A stretch of 64,000 nt of DNA. Source: Flavobacteriaceae bacterium (lineage in GTDB: Bacteria > Bacteroidota > Bacteroidia > Flavobacteriales > Flavobacteriaceae). Under the pieces are notes generated by a model. The model was given only the letters and a program-made list of their open reading frames with translations, did not search any database and was not told where the DNA came from. The number at the start of each line of letters is the position of its first letter. Position 1 is the first letter of the stretch. Positions 52,331 through 61,207 of the stretch are shown here, piece by piece. The DNA lies in NCBI GenBank assembly GCA_014239275.1, contig JAAZZF010000100.1, positions 733 through 64,732 on the forward strand, given 5' to 3'. Both the position numbers and the translations under genes were made by a program.

Positions 52331-52360
52331 TTACCACTTTTTACCACTTTTTACCACTTT
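52331..52360 (-). promoter_or_regulatory. Three perfect head-to-tail 10-bp direct repeats (AAAGTGGTAA on the minus strand): candidate MraZ operator
   Basis: Plus strand TTACCACTTT at 52331-40, 52341-50 and 52351-60. Position and 10-bp phasing match MraZ-box arrays described in other phyla. Confidence 0.6.
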
Positions 52361-52470
52361 GTTAATAATTTTAACTGTGGTGAAATTTTATATTTCTAAG
52401 TATCTAATAATCAGATATTTAAATGCTATATGGATTTAGTTGAGATTAAAAATTTATATTTGGTAATTAG

Positions 52471-52478
52471 TATATTTG
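52471..52478 (+). promoter_or_regulatory. -7 box (TATATTTG) for the hydrolase-engB unit
   Basis: Exact TAnnTTTG, 25 nt upstream of the ATG at 52504. A second exact copy lies at 52455-52462. Confidence 0.4.
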
Positions 52479-52503
52479 CTTTTCCATAAGGAATCATTTT
52501 ATT

Positions 52504-53271
52504 ATGCAAGAAAGAAAACATATTGAAAAAGGAGGCTATAAGTACTTGACTAGTGGAACAGGAAAGCCTATTATAATTCTTCATGGATTAATGGGCGGTC
52601 TCGGTAATTTTGAAGGATTTATATCTTATTTTCCAATAATTGGTTATCAAATTTTCATGCCTGAATTACCAGTATATACTGCTTCTCTTCTTGATACTAA
52701 TGTAAAATATTTTGCAAAATTTATAAATAATTTTATAAAATTTTTAAAATTAGATAAAGTAATTTTAGTTGGTAATTCTTTAGGTGGTCACGTAGGGCTT
52801 TTACATGCTAAACTTTTTCCGGAATTTACAAAGGCTTTAGTATTAACTGGAAGCTCTGGTTTATATGAAAATGCGATGGGCGATACCTACCCAAAAAGAG
52901 GAGATTATGAGTTTATAAAAAAGAAGACACAAGATGTTTTCTACTCTGCCAAAACAGCTACTAAAGAAATTGTAGATGAGATATTTGAGGTTGTGAATGA
53001 TAGAAAAAAAGTAATCAAGATATTAGCTATGGCGAAAAGTGCAATTCGTCATAATATGTCTAAAGATCTTCCTAAAATTAAGGTTTCAACAGCATTAATA
53101 TGGGGAAAAAATGATATTGTAACTCCTCCTGAAGTAGCAAATGAGTTTAATAAACTATTGCCTAATTCAAAATTATTTTGGATTAAAAAATGTGGTCATG
53201 CCCCTATGATGGAACATCCTAAAGAGTTTAATAATATTGTTGAAAAATGGTTTGCTGAAAAAAATTTTTAG
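52504..53271 (+). CDS. Alpha/beta-fold hydrolase
   Basis: 255 aa. HGLMGG oxyanion region, nucleophile elbow GNSLGG, C-terminal CGHAPMMEHP. Confidence 0.8.
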   Translation: MQERKHIEKGGYKYLTSGTGKPIIILHGLMGGLGNFEGFISYFPIIGYQIFMPELPVYTASLLDTNVKYFAKFINNFIKFLKLDKVILVGNSLGGHVGLLHAKLFPEFTKALVLTGSSGLYENAMGDTYPKRGDYEFIKKKTQDVFYSAKTATKEIVDEIFEVVNDRKKVIKILAMAKSAIRHNMSKDLPKIKVSTALIWGKNDIVTPPEVANEFNKLLPNSKLFWIKKCGHAPMMEHPKEFNNIVEKWFAEKNF

Positions 53272-53274
53272 GCC

Positions 53275-53859
53275 ATGCTCATTAAATCTGCAAAGTTTAT
53301 TAAAAGTAGCTCAAAGGCTATAGACTGCCCTGAAACAGATATTCCTGAATTTACATTTATTGGCAGATCAAATGTTGGTAAATCTTCATTGATAAATATG
53401 ATTGTTAAAAAAAAAATTGCTAAGGTTTCTAGAAATCCTGGAAAGACCTTACTAATTAATCACTTTTTAATAAACAACAATTGGTTTTTGGTAGACCTTC
53501 CTGGTTATGGATATGCTAAAATTTCTAAAAAGGAAAAAAAAAAAATTGAAAATATTATTGTAGATTATTTTAAAAACAGAGTTAATATATCTCTAACATT
53601 TGTTTTAATTGATATTAGACATGACCCTCAGTTAATTGATTTAGATTTTATAAGTTGGTTAAGTAATAATAATATAAATTTTAAAATAATTTTTACAAAA
53701 GCTGATAAGTTAAGTGCTAATCAAAAAGGCGAAAAAGCTAAAAAATATATTAAAATACTTTTCGAAAAAATAAAAATTTCCCCTGAGAATATCACAACTT
53801 CATATAAATTAAAATTAGGGAGAGAAGAAATTATGAATTTAATTTATTCTGAACTTTGA
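53275..53859 (+). CDS. engB: Ribosome biogenesis GTP-binding protein YsxC/YihA/EngB
   Basis: G1 GRSNVGKSSLIN, G3 DLPGYGYA, G4 TKADK. Contains an A12 homopolymer. Confidence 0.93.
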   Translation: MLIKSAKFIKSSSKAIDCPETDIPEFTFIGRSNVGKSSLINMIVKKKIAKVSRNPGKTLLINHFLINNNWFLVDLPGYGYAKISKKEKKKIENIIVDYFKNRVNISLTFVLIDIRHDPQLIDLDFISWLSNNNINFKIIFTKADKLSANQKGEKAKKYIKILFEKIKISPENITTSYKLKLGREEIMNLIYSEL

Positions 53860-54191
53860 TTAGGAGGAGACTCCAGCTTTAAATTTTTAGCAAAATATTC
53901 ACAGAATTGTTTAAATGAATCTGTCATTTTTTCATTTTGTGTTGCTTTGAAAAATGTTTCACTCATACTCACTAAGGTTTGATGAAAAAAAACATTCATT
54001 TGATCCAAAGGCATATCTTTAGTCCATAAATCAATTTTTAATGTTTCTTGTGAATTATGATTCCAAACTGATAAAAAAACTGCTTTGGAAGCCTCATTTA
54101 AAACTCCTCCATCTGGAGCAGACCAAGTGATTTTTTCTGGAACTTTGTTTTTATCTAGTTTTACGTCAAATGAAATTTGAGTTTTTTTCAT
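53844..54191 (-). CDS. gldC: Gliding motility protein GldC
   Basis: 115 aa. VPEKITWSAPDGG...IDLWTKDMPLDQMNVFFHQTLVSMSETF matches my memory of GldC, and the gene is immediately downstream of gldB. Confidence 0.75.
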   Translation of the reverse strand: MKKTQISFDVKLDKNKVPEKITWSAPDGGVLNEASKAVFLSVWNHNSQETLKIDLWTKDMPLDQMNVFFHQTLVSMSETFFKATQNEKMTDSFKQFCEYFAKNLKLESPPNQSSE

Positions 54192-55156
54192 TACTTATTT
54201 GGTTTATATTTTGATTTATTAAAAATTTTATAAAAATCTTCTTTTATAAGTTGATTTAATCCTACGTCATTATTTTTCATGTATGAATTTACAATTTTAT
54301 AACCCAACCATTTGCCAATACTTCCAGGAGAATCTTTATCAATATCTAAATTAAATTTTGAAAAGGGTGAAAAATATATAAATCTTGATTTTAAATCATT
54401 TCTTGTACTAAAAAGAAAATCATTTTCAACAAAAAAACTCCATATATTATATTCATTTTCTTCAGCCCATTTAATTTTACTCATATTTGAGTGAAATTTT
54501 ATATGATTTTTATTAAATGGAGTTAGATATTCATTTAAAAACAAAATTTTCCCATGATATATCATTTCAGCCAATAATGACCTGTCGTTAGGTTTGTAAA
54601 CAAAGCTTTGGGAAATTTTTTCTGCAATATCATTTGAAATGTATTCTTTAGACATGTTTAAAGAAATATATTCAGGCAATTCTGGATAGAAACTTCTTCC
54701 TAAATAAGAATCTAATGAAATTAATAATAAAGAATCTGCATAGATAACTCTATCATCATATTCAGATTGATTATTTAATGTAATGACTTTGGGTCTTTTG
54801 AATTCAGGAAAAATTCCCTCTAATTTTATAAAAACTTCCAAAATTTCCTTAGATATCACTTCAAAATTGTTAAAAATTCTTGAACTTTTATCATATATTC
54901 TAAGTCTTGTTGAGTCTTTTAAAAAAGATTTCCAAGTTTCCATTGAATATTGTTCAGGGAATAAATATGGATATTTATTGACAAGTAATTTAAGATTTTC
55001 CTCATTTGAATTATAAAATTCATTTTCAAAACGATGGATAACTAAATCCTCCACTGGTTTTTTAGATTCACATCCTATAATAATAATTGAAAAAAAACAT
55101 AAAATAACACTGTAAATTTTATAATCAATCATAAAACTGTTAATTTTGTATATCAC
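54191..55156 (-). CDS. gldB: Gliding motility lipoprotein GldB
   Basis: 321 aa. Lipobox IIIIGC, RFENEFY region, gldB-gldC synteny with divergent nadE. GTG start at 55156; ATG at 55132 is an alternative. Confidence 0.75.
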   Translation of the reverse strand: MIYKINSFMIDYKIYSVILCFFSIIIIGCESKKPVEDLVIHRFENEFYNSNEENLKLLVNKYPYLFPEQYSMETWKSFLKDSTRLRIYDKSSRIFNNFEVISKEILEVFIKLEGIFPEFKRPKVITLNNQSEYDDRVIYADSLLLISLDSYLGRSFYPELPEYISLNMSKEYISNDIAEKISQSFVYKPNDRSLLAEMIYHGKILFLNEYLTPFNKNHIKFHSNMSKIKWAEENEYNIWSFFVENDFLFSTRNDLKSRFIYFSPFSKFNLDIDKDSPGSIGKWLGYKIVNSYMKNNDVGLNQLIKEDFYKIFNKSKYKPNK

Positions 55157-55170
55157 AATATTTTGATTAC

Positions 55171-55178
55171 CAAACTTA
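55171..55178 (-). promoter_or_regulatory. -7 box (TAAGTTTG on the minus strand) for gldBC
   Basis: Plus strand caaactta. Exact TAnnTTTG, 14 nt upstream of GTG 55156. Confidence 0.4.
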
Positions 55179-55224
55179 ATATAAACTAAGCCAATTATTT
55201 AAATTACTATAAAAAATTTAATAA

Positions 55225-56010
55225 ATGAATTCAAAAAAAATTATTGAAAATATCACAGATTGGTTAATAAATTATTCTGAAAAATCTAATACAAATGGTT
55301 TTGTGGTAGGAGTTTCTGGAGGTGTTGATTCAGCAGTAACTTCAACACTTTGTGCAAAAACTGGTTTACCTACTTTATGTTTAGACTTACCAATCCTACA
55401 AAGTAAAAAAGAACATAATAGAGCAATAAAACATATTGATTGGTTAAAGAATAAATATAAAAATACCTCCTTAAAATCAATTAATTTAAATGAATCTTTT
55501 TTGTCATTTAAAAATTCAGTAGAAATTGATTCAAATAAAAATAATTTACTTTCTCTTGCCAATTCAAGATCAAGATTACGAATGACTACTTTATATTATT
55601 ATGCTGGATTAAATAATTATATAGTGGTTGGAACAGGAAATAAAGTAGAGGATTTTGGAATAGGTTTTTATACAAAATATGGTGATGGTGGTGTTGATAT
55701 TAGTCCTATTGCTGATCTTTACAAAACTGAAATATTTGAAATAGCTAAAGAACTTGAAATTATTAAAGAAATTATTCTAGCAAAACCAACAGATGGCCTA
55801 TGGGATGATGCTAGAACAGACGAAGATCAAATTGGTGCTACATATGAAGAATTAGAATGGGCTATGAAGGAAAAAGATTATGGAAAAAATTCACTTGACT
55901 TTTCAGGAAGGCAAAAGAAAGTTTTTGAAATTTTAAATAAATTTAACAAACAGAATCTTCATAAAATGAATCCTGTTCCTGTTTACTTAATTCCAGATGA
56001 ATTAAGATAA
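55225..56010 (+). CDS. nadE: Ammonia-dependent NAD+ synthetase
   Basis: PP-loop VVGVSGGVDSAV. GTGNKVEDFGIGFYTKYGDGG. Confidence 0.93.
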   Translation: MNSKKIIENITDWLINYSEKSNTNGFVVGVSGGVDSAVTSTLCAKTGLPTLCLDLPILQSKKEHNRAIKHIDWLKNKYKNTSLKSINLNESFLSFKNSVEIDSNKNNLLSLANSRSRLRMTTLYYYAGLNNYIVVGTGNKVEDFGIGFYTKYGDGGVDISPIADLYKTEIFEIAKELEIIKEIILAKPTDGLWDDARTDEDQIGATYEELEWAMKEKDYGKNSLDFSGRQKKVFEILNKFNKQNLHKMNPVPVYLIPDELR

Positions 56011-56013
56011 AGA

Positions 56014-57951
56014 TTATAAAACTCTATTAAGTTTTTTAGACAATAAAGATTTTAGTTTATAATAATCCGTAATCTCTTCAAGTATTTGATTATTATCATT
56101 AGATTGTTTTTGTGTTTCTTCCTGAAGCTCTTTAACTTTTTCATTAATTAAATAAGTTCTTAAGCTTAAAATTGTCTCAGAAACTAATTGAGAAATCACT
56201 TTATTTTTTTCTTTAACAAAAATGTTCTTACTTAACCAATCATGAAGTTGATATCTATCTTCATTCATTAAAATAGAGGTCACATGATTTGATAAATCAG
56301 GTTCTAAAGTATTTAAAAAAATATCTAGAAGCAATTTTCCTTTTTTTTGAAGTTCATTTATAATTGCTTTATAAAGAGTTTTAAAAGATTCGTTTGTGAA
56401 TTCTACTTCATCCTGCTGTAAATCCAAAAATATTTTTTCATAAACTAAAGATTCAACTATAGTAGGCTCCATAACAACCTCACCATTTTTATCTTTTTTT
56501 AATATCAATTCCTCAAATTTTTCTTTTTGAGTACCATATAGTAATAAAATTTCTATAATTTTTTTTTCAAGTTCAAATAGTATATCAACTTTTATATTTT
56601 TTGGAGTTTTTTTAATCTTACTAATATTTCTCTTTGATAGGTATGCAACTTCATTTTTACTTAGTTGAGCTAAGGAATTAAATAAGACATCTTCTGAAAC
56701 ATCCATTATTTTAGAACAATGTTTTACATATATTTCTTGCTTAATTCTATCAGGAATGGTTGAGATACTAGTAACTATCTCATTAATTGTTTTAGCTTTT
56801 AAAATAGGGTCATCTTTACTATTCTCGAATAAAATTGAGGCTTTAAATTGAATAAAATCTTTAGAGTTTTGAGATAAAAATTCCTTTATTTCTTTATTGC
56901 TACGCTCTTGACTAAAACTATCAGGATCATGACCCTTTGGAAAGGCACAAATACTAACGTTCATTCCTGCACCTAAAATCATATCTACTCCCCTCAAAGT
57001 AGCATCCACTCCTGCTTTATCACCATCATATAACATAGTAATATTTGAAGTCAATCTTCTAATTAATGTAATTTGATCATTTGTTAATGCAGTCCCAGAA
57101 GATGAAACTACATTTTTTACTCCTTTTTGATGTAGTTGAATAACATCGGTATATCCTTCAACTATGTAGCAATTGTCAAGCTTAGCTATTTCTTGTTTGG
57201 CATAATAAATACCATATAAAACTTTGCTTTTATTATATATGAGACTTTCAGGTGAATTTAAGTACTTGGCTGTTTTAATTTTATTATTCAAAGTTCTTGC
57301 CCCAAAACCTAAAACTCTTCCTGACATACTATGAATTGGAAAAATAACTCTTCCTCTAAATCTATCTATAGATTCATCATTTTGAAAAATAGACAATCCT
57401 GTTTTTTCTAAAAAACCTTTAACATAACCTTTTTTTAAAGCAATTTTTGAAAAACAATTTATTTCTTTTGGTGAAAATCCTAAATCAAATTGATTAATGG
57501 TGTCTATGCTAAAACCTCTTTCTTTAAAATACGAAAGACCAATTGCTTTACCTTCTTCAGATTCATTTAACTGTTTTGAGAAAAAATCTTTAGCAAATTC
57601 TGAAACTATATATAAACTTTCTCTTTCACTAGCCTTCTCTTTATCTTTATTATTTATTTGAGTTTCTTCAATTTCAATATTGTATTTTCTAGCCAAATAC
57701 TTAATTGCTTCAGGATAGGTAAAGTGTTCATGTTCCATTAAAAATGCAATTGCATTTCCTCCTTTTCCACTACTAAAATCTTTCCAAATTTGTTTAACTG
57801 GTGAGACAACAAAACTTGGAGTTTTTTCATTAGAAAAAGGGCTTAACGCCTTATAATTTGATCCAGATTTTTTTAAATTAACAAAATCACCTATAACTTC
57901 CTCAACTCTGGATTGTTCAAAAACTTTATCTATTGTATTTTTAGATATCAA
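56014..57951 (-). CDS. dnaG: DNA primase
   Basis: 645 aa. SPFSNEKTPSFVVSP zinc-binding region, RNA polymerase core, TOPRIM VEGYTDV...YDGDKAG. TTG start verified. Confidence 0.95.
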   Translation of the reverse strand: MISKNTIDKVFEQSRVEEVIGDFVNLKKSGSNYKALSPFSNEKTPSFVVSPVKQIWKDFSSGKGGNAIAFLMEHEHFTYPEAIKYLARKYNIEIEETQINNKDKEKASERESLYIVSEFAKDFFSKQLNESEEGKAIGLSYFKERGFSIDTINQFDLGFSPKEINCFSKIALKKGYVKGFLEKTGLSIFQNDESIDRFRGRVIFPIHSMSGRVLGFGARTLNNKIKTAKYLNSPESLIYNKSKVLYGIYYAKQEIAKLDNCYIVEGYTDVIQLHQKGVKNVVSSSGTALTNDQITLIRRLTSNITMLYDGDKAGVDATLRGVDMILGAGMNVSICAFPKGHDPDSFSQERSNKEIKEFLSQNSKDFIQFKASILFENSKDDPILKAKTINEIVTSISTIPDRIKQEIYVKHCSKIMDVSEDVLFNSLAQLSKNEVAYLSKRNISKIKKTPKNIKVDILFELEKKIIEILLLYGTQKEKFEELILKKDKNGEVVMEPTIVESLVYEKIFLDLQQDEVEFTNESFKTLYKAIINELQKKGKLLLDIFLNTLEPDLSNHVTSILMNEDRYQLHDWLSKNIFVKEKNKVISQLVSETILSLRTYLINEKVKELQEETQKQSNDNNQILEEITDYYKLKSLLSKKLNRVL

Positions 57952-57980
57952 ATTATTTAATTTATTCTGCTACTGAATTT

Positions 57981-58020
57981 AAATAAAAAAAATGTTTTTA
58001 AAAGCATTATTTAAAAACAT
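57981..58020 (-). terminator. Candidate intrinsic terminator after the polyprenyl synthase gene
   Basis: On the minus strand, an 11-bp perfect stem ATGTTTTTAAA/TTTAAAAACAT (57992-58002 with 58010-58020) and a 7-nt loop, followed by TTTTTTTATTT. It starts 12 nt after the stop. The stem has only one G-C pair, so it is weak. Confidence 0.4.
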
Positions 58021-58031
58021 ATTAAAAAAAT

Positions 58032-59009
58032 CTAATACTCTCTATCTATTACGTAATTTACCAAACATATTAAACTTTCTCTATATTGGTTTTCAGGAAA
58101 TTTACTAATATCTTTTAATGCATCACTCTGAAATTCCTTCAGTTTAGATAAAGTATATTCAATTCCTCCTGTTTCTTTCACATATTCTATCACTTCTTGA
58201 ATTACTTTTTTATTATTGCTATGGTTTTTAATACAATTTATCAACCATCTTTTTTTTGATTTAGAAGAATTCTTTAAAGTGAAAATTAATGGAAGAGTTA
58301 ACTTTTTTTCTTTTAAATCAATTCCAATAGGCTTTCCAATTTTTTTGTTTCCATAATCAAACAAATCATCTTTTAGCTGAAAAGCAATACCTATTTTTTG
58401 TCCAAAACTCTCCAATTCATCAATTTTATTCTCAGAAACATTTGAAGCTGCTGCACCTAAAGCACAACAAGAAGATATCAATGACGCTGTTTTTTTTGTA
58501 ATTATTTCAAAATAGGTTTCTTCATCAATATCTAGTCTTCTAGCTTTTTCAATTTGCAATAATTCTCCTTGGCTCATATCCTTCACAGATTTTGAAATTA
58601 TCTTTAAAAGGTCAAAATCATTATTATCTATACAAAGTAGCATTCCTTTTGATAAAAGAAAATCCCCTACTAAAACTGCAATTTTATTTTTCCACAAAGC
58701 ATTTAAAGAAAAAAATCCTCTTCTGACATTACTTGAATCTACAATATCATCATGAACAAGGGTAGCGGTATGGATCAATTCTATCACAGAGGCTGCTCTA
58801 AAAACTTTTTCATTAACCTTTCCATTAGAAAGCATTTTAGCAGTTAAAAAAACAAACATAGGTCTAATTTGTTTTCCCTTTCTATTTACAACATAATGGG
58901 TTATTCTATTTAATAGAGAAACTGAAGAATTCATAGATTTAGAAAACTTTCCTTCAAAAAGTTCCATTTCATCTTTAATATGCAATTTTATTCTTTCCAT
59001 TTCTTTCAT
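58032..59009 (-). CDS. Long-chain polyprenyl diphosphate synthase (octaprenyl-type, menaquinone side chain)
   Basis: First and second Asp-rich motifs LVHDDIVD and FQLKDDLFD. The track start is TTG 59024; I prefer ATG 59009 (MKEMERIK). Confidence 0.85.
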   Translation of the reverse strand: MKEMERIKLHIKDEMELFEGKFSKSMNSSVSLLNRITHYVVNRKGKQIRPMFVFLTAKMLSNGKVNEKVFRAASVIELIHTATLVHDDIVDSSNVRRGFFSLNALWKNKIAVLVGDFLLSKGMLLCIDNNDFDLLKIISKSVKDMSQGELLQIEKARRLDIDEETYFEIITKKTASLISSCCALGAAASNVSENKIDELESFGQKIGIAFQLKDDLFDYGNKKIGKPIGIDLKEKKLTLPLIFTLKNSSKSKKRWLINCIKNHSNNKKVIQEVIEYVKETGGIEYTLSKLKEFQSDALKDISKFPENQYRESLICLVNYVIDREY

Positions 59010-59045
59010 ACAATAAATATACAATTCAAAATAAACTAGATTATA

Positions 59046-60083
59046 TTAATTCGTTTCCCTATTTGCAAGTTGTCCACATGCAGCATCAATATCTTTGCCT
59101 CTTGATTTTCTAATAGTTACTGGAATCTTGTTTTTTTCTAACTCAGAAATGTATTCTTGAATTATTTTATCTTTAGCAGCAGTAAAAAAAGAGTTTTCAG
59201 TATTATTATATTCAATAAGATTAACTTTTGATGGAGATGCTTTACAAAATTTTACTAAAGCTTTAATATGCTTCATATCATCATTTATTTCTTTCCATAC
59301 TATATATTCGTAAGTAACTTTTTTTCTTGTTTTTTTATACCAATATTTTACAGCTTCCTTTAACTCATCAAGAGGAAATTTTTTAGAAAATGGCATTATT
59401 TTATTGCGCGTTTTTTCTAAAGCAGAGTGCAAAGAAATTGCAAGATTGAATTTAACATTTTCATCGGCCATTTTAATTATTAATTTAGAAATCCCAGATG
59501 TTGATACAGTTATCCTTTTTGGAGAAATTCCTAAACCATCTTTCCCAGTAATTTTTTCAATTCCTAAAATTAAATTTTTATAGTTTAACAAAGGTTCTCC
59601 CATGCCCATGAAAACAATATTTGAAATAGGGCGATTGTAATAAAGTTTACTTTGAAGATTAATAGTAGATGCTTGATCAAAAATTTCATCAGGCTTAAGG
59701 TTCCTAATTCTTTTTAATTTGGATGTTGCACAAAAGTCGCAATCTAAACTACAGCCAACCTGACTAGAAATACATGCTGTAGTTCTTTTTGCTGTAGGAA
59801 TTAAAACTGACTCAACTAATAGATTATCAAATAATGTAACGGCATTCTTAATAGTCCCATCATTACTTTTTTGAATTTTGTCAATTTTAATATGGTTGAT
59901 AACAAACTCCTTTTTTAAAACATCTCTTAATTCAAGTGAAATATTGGTCATTTCATCAAATGAAAAGCATGATTTTTTCCAAAGCCAATTGTAAACTTGT
60001 TTACCCCTAAATGATGGATAATTGTTAGATTCAAAAAAAGAACATAAATCTTTAAGGCTTAAAGAACGTACGTCTTTTTTCAT
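59046..60083 (-). CDS. rlmN: 23S rRNA/tRNA (adenine-C2)-methyltransferase, radical SAM
   Basis: CSLDCDFCAT (CxxxCxxC), GMGEPLLN, C-terminal DIDAACGQL. Confidence 0.95.
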   Translation of the reverse strand: MKKDVRSLSLKDLCSFFESNNYPSFRGKQVYNWLWKKSCFSFDEMTNISLELRDVLKKEFVINHIKIDKIQKSNDGTIKNAVTLFDNLLVESVLIPTAKRTTACISSQVGCSLDCDFCATSKLKRIRNLKPDEIFDQASTINLQSKLYYNRPISNIVFMGMGEPLLNYKNLILGIEKITGKDGLGISPKRITVSTSGISKLIIKMADENVKFNLAISLHSALEKTRNKIMPFSKKFPLDELKEAVKYWYKKTRKKVTYEYIVWKEINDDMKHIKALVKFCKASPSKVNLIEYNNTENSFFTAAKDKIIQEYISELEKNKIPVTIRKSRGKDIDAACGQLANRETN

Positions 60084-60093
60084 AATATTTTTT

Positions 60094-61143
60094 CTAGATA
60101 ATTAACATTGCATCCCCATAAGAATAAAAATTATATTTTTCTTTAACAGCAACTTCATATGCCTTCTTTATAAAATCATGCCCACCAAAAGCAGAGGCCA
60201 TCATCAGCAAAGTAGATTTAGGGGTGTGAAAATTTGTTATCATTGAGTCTGCTAAATTAAAATCATAGGGAGGAAAAATAAATTTATGAGTCCATCCAGA
60301 ATATGGATTTAACGTTTTGAAAGAGGAAACCGATGATTCTAATGCTCTCATTGAGGTTGTACCAACAGCACAAATTCTATTCTTACTTTTCTTTGCATTA
60401 TTTACAGTATCACATGCTTTTTGATTTATAAAAAGTTCTTCTGAATCCATTTTATGCTTAGAAAGATCTTCAACCTCAACAGGATTAAAAGTGCCAAGAC
60501 CAACGTGTAATGTTATCTCAGCTATATTAATTCCCTTTATCTCTAATCTTTTTAAAAGATGTCTTGAAAAGTGTAACCCTGCAGTTGGAGCTGCAACAGC
60601 ACCCTCATGTTTTGCATAAATAGTTTGATATCTTTCTTCATCAAAACTCTCTTCTTCTCTTTGAATATATTTAGGTAAAGGAGTTTGACCCAAGTCGAAA
60701 AGTACTTTACGAAAGTCTTCATAAGATCCATCAAATAAAAATCTCAATGTTCTTCCTCTAGATGTAGTATTATCTATTACTTCTGCAACTAATGTTTCAT
60801 CTTCTCCAAAATAAAGTTTATTTCCTATTCTAATTTTTCTAGCTGGGTCAACCAAAACATCCCAGAGCCTTTGTTCCTCACTTAATTCTCTTAAAAGAAA
60901 AACTTCAATTCTTGCTCCTGTTTTTTCTTTGTTTCCCATTAATCTAGCAGGAAAGACTTTAGTATTATTTAAGACGAAAGTATCTCCTTCATTAAAATAA
61001 TTAACTATATCTTTAAAAGACTTATGTTCTATTGTTTCTTTTTTTTTGTCTAGAACCATTAACCTAGATTCATCTCTATGATCAGATGGATACTCTGCTA
61101 ATAACCTTTGTGGTAAATCAAAATTAAAATGGGATAATTTCAT
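60094..61143 (-). CDS. queA: S-adenosylmethionine:tRNA ribosyltransferase-isomerase
   Basis: [35 protein letters not shown]. Confidence 0.95.
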   Translation of the reverse strand: MKLSHFNFDLPQRLLAEYPSDHRDESRLMVLDKKKETIEHKSFKDIVNYFNEGDTFVLNNTKVFPARLMGNKEKTGARIEVFLLRELSEEQRLWDVLVDPARKIRIGNKLYFGEDETLVAEVIDNTTSRGRTLRFLFDGSYEDFRKVLFDLGQTPLPKYIQREEESFDEERYQTIYAKHEGAVAAPTAGLHFSRHLLKRLEIKGINIAEITLHVGLGTFNPVEVEDLSKHKMDSEELFINQKACDTVNNAKKSKNRICAVGTTSMRALESSVSSFKTLNPYSGWTHKFIFPPYDFNLADSMITNFHTPKSTLLMMASAFGGHDFIKKAYEVAVKEKYNFYSYGDAMLII

Positions 61144-61163
61144 GTGTTTAAAATTTGAAGCTG

Positions 61164-61171
61164 CAAATATA
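61164..61171 (-). promoter_or_regulatory. -7 box (TATATTTG on the minus strand) for queA-rlmN
   Basis: Plus strand caaatata. Exact TAnnTTTG, 20 nt upstream of the queA ATG. Confidence 0.4.
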
Positions 61172-61207
61172 CATTCATGAAAGTAGCAAAGTCAAGTTTA
61201 TTCGAAT

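Noticed and set aside
52303-52398. A 31-codon ORF (MCNLKYIEILPLFTTFYHFVNNFNCGEILYF) on the plus strand spanning the MraZ-box array.
   Set aside because: It has no promoter box or conserved-looking sequence. Its reading frame is simply the repeat array read through, and the region is better explained as the mraZ promoter and operator.
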